Assembly (NCBI GenBank): GCA_964640185.1
Contig: CAZXGF010000007.1
Coordinates: forward strand, 43,452-107,451
DNA length: 64,000 nucleotides
Direction of reading: 5' to 3'
Source of the DNA: an uncultured Verrucomicrobiota bacterium
GTDB taxonomy: Bacteria > Auribacterota > JABMQX01
Positions within the stretch are counted from its first letter, which is position 1. Each line of letters starts with the position of its first letter. The translations under genes and the position numbers were made by a program. Below, one piece after another: positions 58,135-64,000 of the stretch. The notes under the pieces are model-generated. The model was given only the letters and a program-made list of their open reading frames with translations, searched no databases and had not been told where the DNA came from.

Positions 58135-58950
58135 TCACTCAATGACAATGCCAGCGTAGCCGACTACATAGCTGTAATCCCCGGTCACGTCGAAACTTGT
58201 GACGTAGGACACGAGGTGGGTTTTCTGCGCTCCGAGCAGTTTCGCCGCCGCTATCGCTGTGGCAACAGCAGCCCAACCACACATCGTCACGCGTTGTTCC
58301 CTGACCAGCCGCAGAAGCCTGCCTGCGTCGAGTTGGAGAATGGCATCAATCGCCATCATATCTTTCCGGCGTACCTCCGCCTGCCGGGCAGGGTTGGAGC
58401 GCTCAGTGTGCGACATGTCAGTGCTGGCGACGATGAGAATCTCTTTGCCGAGGTTCTTAGTCGTTTCGGCGATGCTTTTGCCGAGCGCCTCAAACTTCAC
58501 TTCGTCCGTGGAAACGATGCAAATCGGCACAATCTGCACGTTCGGATTTACGTACTGGAGAAACGGAACCTCCACTTCAAGAGAATGTTCGCTCTGATGT
58601 GCCGCGGCATCTTCCCTGAGGACCTCAAAGGCCTCCTTCAACGAAGTGGCGACCTCGGAGTCAATCTTCACCTCGCCGAAGGGCATCTCCCAGGCCCCCT
58701 CACTCATGATTGCGAAGTCGCTGCCGATTCCCCAGTGATTGGGGCCGAGTATGATAGCTGTCCCGGGAACCCTCACCTCGGAAAACGTCGCCCCCGCTGT
58801 CCGACCTGAGAAGTCATACCCCGCATGGGGGGTGACCACCGCAATAGCTTTCCTGTCCCCTTTGACGGGTACAAACTCTTCGATTTGCCTTCGAAGAGCA
58901 GCTTCGTTCATCGGGTAAAATCTGCCACAAGCCGCCGGTTTTCTTTTCAT
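58135..58950 (-). CDS. Memo1-like protein (AmmeMemoRadiSam system protein B family), orphan
   Basis: CGRFYP, TPHAGYDFSG, GPNHWG, EHSLEVEVPFL. No AMMECR1 or radical-SAM partner is adjacent. Confidence 0.7.
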   Translation of the reverse strand: MKRKPAACGRFYPMNEAALRRQIEEFVPVKGDRKAIAVVTPHAGYDFSGRTAGATFSEVRVPGTAIILGPNHWGIGSDFAIMSEGAWEMPFGEVKIDSEVATSLKEAFEVLREDAAAHQSEHSLEVEVPFLQYVNPNVQIVPICIVSTDEVKFEALGKSIAETTKNLGKEILIVASTDMSHTERSNPARQAEVRRKDMMAIDAILQLDAGRLLRLVREQRVTMCGWAAVATAIAAAKLLGAQKTHLVSYVTSFDVTGDYSYVVGYAGIVIE

Positions 58951-59180
58951 GGCGAGTGCCCTCCCCTCCGTCGTTTGGCTGCGAGCTGGCGGCAGCGAGC
59001 CAATCCTCACCTTCCAAGCGTCGTCCGTTTGCGAGCGCCGGCATACGGCAAGGAGATGGGAAGTTGTCCATCCCGGTCCCTGTCCCGGACAGGATGCGCC
59101 GCTTACTCACAGTCCCCACTACCTTTTTCAGTTGACAACTGGTGCCTATGTTTGTATTGATTTACTCCGGCTTCATCGAA

Positions 59181-59252
59181 GGCGGCATAGCCAAGTGGTT
59201 AAGGCAGAGGATTGCAAATCCTTTATCCTCGGTTCGAATCCGGGTGCCGCCT
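59181..59252 (+). tRNA. tRNA-Cys (anticodon GCA)
   Basis: Acceptor GGCGGCA/TGCCGCC, anticodon stem GAGGA/TCCTT with loop TTGCAAA, T-arm CTCGG-TTCGAAT-CCGGG. CCA not encoded. Confidence 0.9.
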
Positions 59253-59399
59253 CTCTCCCTTTCCCACTGGCACCACGCCGGTTGCGAAGCGACCCTGTGA
59301 AGCTCTGTCGAGGTCGCCAACTGTCAGTGGCCTTATGTTTGACGAGTTCTCTCGGATTTTTCCCCGCCCTTCGCGCTCCCACTCTACCATAAGGCTCTG

Positions 59400-59603
59400 T
59401 CAATGGATACCGCAAAACGTGTGCTCCTTCAGAAAGTCTTCGATGTCCCTCTCCTTGACCAGCACCCTTGCGGCCCGCTCGCCGCTGCCCGGATACCTTA
59501 TCACCGGCAATTCCCCCCGCCGGACCATGCGCAGAATGCCGTTGCGGGAAAGTCTGAGCGCCTTTCCGGCCTCTGCCACTGTCAATAATCGGGGGATCGC
59601 CAT
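59400..59603 (-). CDS. Excisionase-family HTH DNA-binding protein (AlpA/Xis-like)
   Basis: LLTVAEAGKALRLSRNGILRMVRRGELPVIRYPG matches the excisionase-family HTH pattern. First gene after the tRNA-Cys 3-prime end. Confidence 0.75.
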   Translation of the reverse strand: MAIPRLLTVAEAGKALRLSRNGILRMVRRGELPVIRYPGSGERAARVLVKERDIEDFLKEHTFCGIH

Positions 59604-59609
59604 GTTAAA

Positions 59610-59795
59610 TTAAGCCTCGTTTTCACCCTTCAAAACGCCGACAAGCTCCGTGTCCTCTGTCGCCATCGCTGCCCAGAACGCCTCCTGTCCTTTCGCCGTC
59701 GGTGTCACTGCTGCAAGTTCTTCTCGGGTCCGGTGGCAGATCTCCTCAAGCATCGCCACAACCCTTGCCTCAGTCTCAGAATCGCCTTTGCTCAC
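59610..59795 (-). CDS. Small acidic hypothetical protein upstream of the Xis-like gene
   Basis: 61-aa ORF with a 4-nt gap to the Xis-like gene. No recognisable domain. Confidence 0.3.
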   Translation of the reverse strand: MSKGDSETEARVVAMLEEICHRTREELAAVTPTAKGQEAFWAAMATEDTELVGVLKGENEA

Positions 59796-60026
59796 CGTCT
59801 CTCCCTATGCGGGCGGGGGCCGGAGAGGTGATGACGGAAACAGAGACCCGGCCCCCGTAGCTGAAATGTAAAGGCAAGCCCCCGAAGGGGAGGCACTGAC
59901 ATGCTTCCCGGACAGCCAGGCCAAAGCCGCTGCCAGGCGGACTCTCGCAAGGCACGCTCGACAGAATTGCCATCCCGTCTTTGCGCGCCCCAGGTTGTCC
60001 TGTCGGGAGCTTGCCATCGTTTTCAC

Positions 60027-61751
60027 TCACCGGTTTTTGAGGTCGTCTCCCAGCGTGTCTACTCGTCGCGTAGTTCCCAAAAGCATATTGGCCATTAGAG
60101 TCATCGCCCCCTCTATAGAAAGTTGCTGACGTTCCACCGCCATCAGAAGTTTGTTAACCGTGGACGCCTGCTTTGGGTGAAGCAATTTGGCTGCCCAAGC
60201 GCGCAACATCAGGTTCGCGGGCTCGACTGTCGCAAGTTCAGGGACACCCGCCGTTCCGGGGAACATCGGCCTCGCCGGGGTTATCCCCGCCATCTGCAAT
60301 CGGGCTTGTGCCTTCACGCCCTCTCGCCGTTCTCGTATAGATTCCCGATAGGCTGTTCGCTCCGCCTGCCGTCGTGCCCTGAAATCACCAGGGGCCTCGC
60401 CAGGCATCATTCGCAGGCTTGGAAGCACCGCCTCACGGATAGGCCGAGTGAGCTTCTCTGCAATGGACTCTGCCTTTTGAAATGCCTTGCCAACAGCCTG
60501 GGCTGCACCGAACAACGAATTCGCGGCATTTACTCCCCACTGAAAAGCCGTTTTGAACTTGTCCGCGACGGAGTCCTGCTTCTCGCCGGCCTTGCCCAAG
60601 TCCTCTATGGGCTTCCGAGACGAGTCTATTGCCAGTTGCCAAAGCCGCGCGCCCTCGCCCGTCTCCTTGAACGCCGAGAGCATTTCAGGCGTCTTCCATT
60701 CCTCCTCAGTAACAGGAGGTCTGCCTACCGCACCCATGTGGGGTACATATCTCGTCTGCGGTTTGCGCTTTGCCTGCGCTTTCCCCCAAGTTTCAAACTC
60801 TTCCCAAAACTTCTGATAAGCCTCGGTACCGACCTTGACCTCCTTCACTGCCAGGCCAGCCCACCCCGACAGCGCCCGAAACACCGGACTTGCGCCTATC
60901 TCCTCGACCTTCTCGGCAACCATGCTCAAGGCATTGACCACTGACTGAGCCCATTCTTGCGCCTTGCCGGACTCCATCCACTTGCCAAGCTTCTCGGCCC
61001 ACTCCTGCATTTTCGGAATGAGCACCTTAGCCAGCACGCCCCACACACCCATCATGCCGTACTTCAGCTTTGTCATGACATCATCATAGGCTTTCGACAT
61101 CGCGGCGAGCTTGCCCATGCCCGGCGACAGCCGTTCCACTTCGTCACCCATCAGTTGGAAATACTCGCGGCCCAGTTTCAGAACAGGAATCAGGTCTTTT
61201 TGTCGAGTGCCCAGAAGACTCAAAACAAGAGCCATCTTTTGCTGCTCAGGAATGGCCTTGTTCGCCATGTAATCTACCAATCGCATGAAGACCTCGGCGA
61301 GGTCTGTAAGCCCTCGTTTCATTTCCTCATCGGTATAACCCAGCTTCTTGAATTCGCGCGTGTAGGTCGCTAACCCGTACTTGGCTTGCTCCATGTTTTT
61401 TGCAAGCAGCGGGAAGGACTTAGCAAGCAGCTCGAAGCTTCCGTGCTCCTGCTCGACCGCGTACCGGAGCCGGTGAAGGTCCCTGACCGTTATGCCCGTG
61501 ACCTTCGACAGCTTGTGCAGCTCGAGCGCATAGGCCATCGTGGACTTGACACCCTTCACCGCGATAGCCGTCCCCACAGCCGCCATCGCCGCCCCCGCCA
61601 TCGCTCCGAATTTGGCGAAGGCTTTGCCATAACGCATGACATTCTGGGACATGGTGCGCATGCGCTTGTCCGCCTTGTCTATCCCTCTCATAAAATTTGT
61701 GATCTTTGAGTTCAGGCCGATCCACGCCTCACCTATGTTAGCTTTCGCCAT
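60027..61751 (-). CDS. Phage tail tape-measure-like protein (alpha-helical, Ala/Gly-rich hydrophobic segments)
   Basis: 574 aa. A strong SD (GGGAGGTGA) precedes the ATG. AMAGAAMAAVGTAIAV segments and helical repeats are typical of tape-measure core regions. Assignment by composition and pattern only. Confidence 0.4.
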   Translation of the reverse strand: MAKANIGEAWIGLNSKITNFMRGIDKADKRMRTMSQNVMRYGKAFAKFGAMAGAAMAAVGTAIAVKGVKSTMAYALELHKLSKVTGITVRDLHRLRYAVEQEHGSFELLAKSFPLLAKNMEQAKYGLATYTREFKKLGYTDEEMKRGLTDLAEVFMRLVDYMANKAIPEQQKMALVLSLLGTRQKDLIPVLKLGREYFQLMGDEVERLSPGMGKLAAMSKAYDDVMTKLKYGMMGVWGVLAKVLIPKMQEWAEKLGKWMESGKAQEWAQSVVNALSMVAEKVEEIGASPVFRALSGWAGLAVKEVKVGTEAYQKFWEEFETWGKAQAKRKPQTRYVPHMGAVGRPPVTEEEWKTPEMLSAFKETGEGARLWQLAIDSSRKPIEDLGKAGEKQDSVADKFKTAFQWGVNAANSLFGAAQAVGKAFQKAESIAEKLTRPIREAVLPSLRMMPGEAPGDFRARRQAERTAYRESIRERREGVKAQARLQMAGITPARPMFPGTAGVPELATVEPANLMLRAWAAKLLHPKQASTVNKLLMAVERQQLSIEGAMTLMANMLLGTTRRVDTLGDDLKNR

Positions 61752-61918
61752 TTCTCACCTCCCGTGCCTTCCCTTGAGCACGCGAACAGTGGGCAGTAAG
61801 GACGGATAGTCTGAGGACCTTTCCTCAAGCGCCTCGACCCGCCGCTCCAACGGTTCAAGTGCCTTCTCGGCCGCTTGTGTTGCCCTGCTTTCTATGCGCT
61901 TTTTCTCCGCTTGATCAA

Positions 61919-62218
61919 TCACCTCGCACCTCCTTCAGTTCCCTGTTCGACTTGCCCTTCGCCCGGATTCATCCTCACGTATTCGACGATAACCTTCAGC
62001 CCCTCGCCGAGGTCGGCCTTGAGCTCTCGTGGAAGCAGTTGCCCCAGAAGCCTCAAGAAGTCGCGTGGCGACTCTTTCCCGATGTTGACGAGGTCTTCTT
62101 TCCCGCCAAGCTCATCAAACGCCTCAAGGATGGTCTGCTTGAGCAGCGTGTACTTATTTTGGCTCCCCTTCGGGCGTCCGGCATTGCCCGGTTTGAACTG
62201 TGTATCCTGGCTCGGCAT
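61919..62218 (-). CDS. DUF5681-like phage protein (GNAGRPKG motif)
   Basis: FKPGNAGRPKGSQNK...LLPRELKADL. Paralogous to 62239..62610. Confidence 0.5.
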   Translation of the reverse strand: MPSQDTQFKPGNAGRPKGSQNKYTLLKQTILEAFDELGGKEDLVNIGKESPRDFLRLLGQLLPRELKADLGEGLKVIVEYVRMNPGEGQVEQGTEGGAR

Positions 62219-62238
62219 GTCCCTAATCTGTCCCTTCT

Positions 62239-62610
62239 TTACGGGTTCGCCGCCTCACGCAATCTGTTTGCGATGCGCTCCCGTGTTTCACTATCTGTAA
62301 CCTCCTGCAAGACTATGATTTCAAACTGCTTGAACATTGTCCGGGCATCCTCTATCGTCAAGTCCGCCCTGATTTCTCGTGGCAAAAGACTGACAATCGC
62401 CCGCAGCAATCCCACCGGGTCCTTTTTCCCCGCCTTCTCGATCAACCCTTTGACGAAGCCCTCAAGCCCTCCGCCGCCTTCGGCCTCGTCACCAAGCGCC
62501 TCCAGGCTCTTGAGAATCGCGTCCCGCAAAGCCCAGACTTTAGTTTTCTGCCCTGGCAACCGTCCTCTCGGATTGCCGGACTCGCCCTTTTTCCACAATC
62601 GCTTCGCCAT
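62239..62610 (-). CDS. DUF5681-like phage protein, paralog (GNPRGRLPG motif)
   Basis: Start at internal ATG 62610 (MAKRLWKKGESGNPRGRLPGQK) with a CAGGAG SD. Shares LLPREIRADL with the neighbour. Confidence 0.5.
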   Translation of the reverse strand: MAKRLWKKGESGNPRGRLPGQKTKVWALRDAILKSLEALGDEAEGGGGLEGFVKGLIEKAGKKDPVGLLRAIVSLLPREIRADLTIEDARTMFKQFEIIVLQEVTDSETRERIANRLREAANP

Positions 62611-62827
62611 TTCAAAACTCCTGGTACGTCCTGTTATAAGCACATGCTTTCTTACCCCATACCCGAAATAGGAGAAGGCGAGTCCCCGGGGGCAACGAGC
62701 TGGCCTTCGTTGCAGAGAATGAGACGAGGGCCGGCGACCAGCACAGACTCTCGCAAGGCACGCAGAATGAAACTGCCGCTCCTTACTGCACGCCCCACAT
62801 CCTCCATTCGGGGACTCGCGCAAATAC

Positions 62828-63406
62828 TCATTTTGTTACAATCTCCTTCGCCCCCACGAGGGGACGCACACTCTCCGGCAAATCGCATAGCCGTCGAACC
62901 TCCGTTTCCTTGAGCCGTTTGAGCAGCATCTCTCGCGTGCCGAATAGGGGCAGATACTCTGTTTCGCATAGCTCTCGTAAGCTGCGTGTGGGCAGCCGTC
63001 CGAGTTGGCTTTTCGACGGGTGCATTCTCGTTGTCTGGGCCCGAGCAAAACGTAAGGCCAAAAGTGCCTCCTTGAAATGGCGCACTTTGGGTGTTTTCGC
63101 CAACGGTCCGAAGCCAGCACCCCAAAAGTCCAGTTGACGAGCCTCACCGTTGAACGTGTAGAAAACCCGTGCCTGTGCGCGACTCAGGCGTGCGAAAACA
63201 TCCAACCGGTACTCGGTCCGCAACGGCTCTTTTTCTTTTGCGGGCTGCCCTTCCTTCTTGGCCTTCAGGGCTGCCCAACCCTGAGCCTCGGCGACACGGC
63301 GGACTTGCGCATAGGTGACGCCACGCTTCTCACTCAAGGCGCGCATGGAGACGCCGCCCGCGAGGTATTCTGTCCTGATGGACGTCCAGTCAATTTCCAT
63401 TTTCAT
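62828..63406 (-). CDS. Terminase-small-subunit-like HTH protein
   Basis: N-terminal IDWTSIRTEYLAGGVSMRALSEKRGVTYAQVRRVAEAQGW resembles the HTH of phage TerS/Terminase_5-type proteins. Start taken at internal M (MKMEIDW). Confidence 0.4.
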   Translation of the reverse strand: MKMEIDWTSIRTEYLAGGVSMRALSEKRGVTYAQVRRVAEAQGWAALKAKKEGQPAKEKEPLRTEYRLDVFARLSRAQARVFYTFNGEARQLDFWGAGFGPLAKTPKVRHFKEALLALRFARAQTTRMHPSKSQLGRLPTRSLRELCETEYLPLFGTREMLLKRLKETEVRRLCDLPESVRPLVGAKEIVTK

Positions 63407-63710
63407 CAGTAGGATCCTCCGTGTTCTCCTTCCCAAGTTCCTTCCGCGCGAGCTTCAGGGCCGCCTCGAGCTGCGAAATATTGTCATCAGTCGCCTCCAG
63501 GCAAATGCCCTTTTTTGTCGGCAGAAGCATGCCACTGCCCGGATCCCAGTGCCGCCGCATGTCGAGTAGGCGCTTTCCCTTATACGTCCGCAGGCTCACC
63601 CGCGTCCGCCAAACATGAGTGCTGCCCCACTCCGCGAGCACCGTCCCGTTGTCTCCGGTCGGCTTGTCGCCCGGGCCGGGGGCTGTCTTCGGTTTGTCTG
63701 TATCAGTCAT
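63390..63710 (-). CDS. PC4/YdbC-like ssDNA-binding protein
   Basis: RVSLRTYKGKRLLDMRRHWDPGSGMLLPTKKGICL matches the bacterial/phage PC4-like domain pattern. Confidence 0.45.
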   Translation of the reverse strand: MTDTDKPKTAPGPGDKPTGDNGTVLAEWGSTHVWRTRVSLRTYKGKRLLDMRRHWDPGSGMLLPTKKGICLEATDDNISQLEAALKLARKELGKENTEDPTDENGN

Positions 63711-63827
63711 CCCATTCCTGCCTTTCGCTAACGTGAAAATCAGGGCCTGTTTTATTTCCCCCTTTGGGGTAGAATTGCGCTAACGCGGAGAAGAGGAGGG
63801 GAGGGGAGCCTGGTAGAATTATAGAAG

Positions 63828-63953
63828 TGGGTCGGTTCCACCCCTTATAGCAGCTCCCCAAAATGCCGTTATAGGGGTAGGTTCCACCCCTTATAGGCTG
63901 CTCCATAGGGGTAGGTTCCACCCCTTGATAAGGGTCGGTTCCGACCGTTAGGG
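63828..63953. repeat. Four direct 21-23 bp repeats (GGGT[CA]GGTTCCACCCCTTATAG), iteron or arm-site-like
   Basis: Copies at 63828-63850, 63874-63897, 63908-63931 and a degenerate one at 63932-63953, separated by TATAGG-containing spacers. Lies in non-coding sequence at the distal edge of the phage-like island. Confidence 0.7.
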
Positions 63954-64000
63954 TCTGTTTTAATAGTGGTTCATTTCCGGCCACCATCGCGCTCCTTTCG

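Noticed and set aside
59253-59400. Integrase gene expected next to tRNA-Cys
   Set aside because: No ORF with a tyrosine- or serine-recombinase signature lies between the tRNA and the Xis-like gene or elsewhere in 59.2-64 kb. It may lie beyond the window or be lost.
63828-63953. Possible CRISPR array from regularly spaced direct repeats
   Set aside because: Repeats are only ~21-23 bp and the spacers are 12-24 bp with shared TATAGG cores. There are only four units, and no cas genes are in view. This looks like iterons or arm-type binding sites, not CRISPR.

Overview
The window is high-GC (roughly 60% by eye) and carries many glycan-degradation genes. It most likely comes from a Planctomycetota-like genome. 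The supporting evidence is a DUF1559/prepilin-type protein with the N-terminal cleavage-methylation motif [13 protein letters not shown]-signal Gfo/Idh/MocA oxidoreductases, and secreted sialidase, fucosidase and GH5 enzymes.

Layout:
- 0.1-18.3 kb: a glycan-utilisation locus. It holds two TAT-signal Gfo/Idh/MocA oxidoreductases flanking an orphan HicB-like gene, a large secreted protein with a CBM-like domain, a GH5 and a GH95. Two tandem beta-helix paralogs share a ~0.78 kb near-identical 3-prime tract and bracket a low-GC foreign gene. A TAT-signal aldo-keto reductase and a DAACS symporter follow.
- 18.4-20.1 kb: a MITE, an IS630-family transposase remnant, a structured repeat and tRNA-Val.
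- 20.1-37.8 kb: conserved housekeeping genes. These are thrS-infC-rpmI-rplT-pheS-pheT, zapA, a gap that may hold a 6S RNA, rarA, 5-FCL, rny-ymdB, xseA-xseB, dxs, and a three-subunit 2-oxoacid:ferredoxin oxidoreductase.
- 37.9-44.5 kb: a long minus-strand operon. It contains an FtsX/LolD-like ABC exporter, an exported hypothetical protein, two ModA-like binding proteins, and ModB- and ModC-like genes.
- 45.8-51.7 kb: a sialic acid locus with a NanM-mutarotase::SSS-transporter fusion, a sialidase and a NanA-like lyase.
- 52.5-59.0 kb: gatB, accD, a second MITE copy, a tetraheme cytochrome c, the DUF1559 protein and a Memo-like protein.
- 59.2-64.0 kb: tRNA-Cys followed by a phage-derived island. 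It carries an Xis-like HTH protein, a tape-measure-like protein, two DUF5681-like paralogs, a terminase-small-subunit-like HTH protein and a PC4-like protein. A cluster of 21-bp direct repeats lies at the window edge.

The most unusual signal is a ~210 bp structured repeat family that I call R1. It has two hairpins that carry compensatory substitutions between copies, followed by a pyrimidine-rich tract. It occurs 4-5 times. Each copy lies upstream of the next gene or operon and in the same orientation. Near-consensus sigma70-type promoters follow copies A and B, and a weaker match follows copy C.

I recognised no canonical defence system and no CRISPR array.
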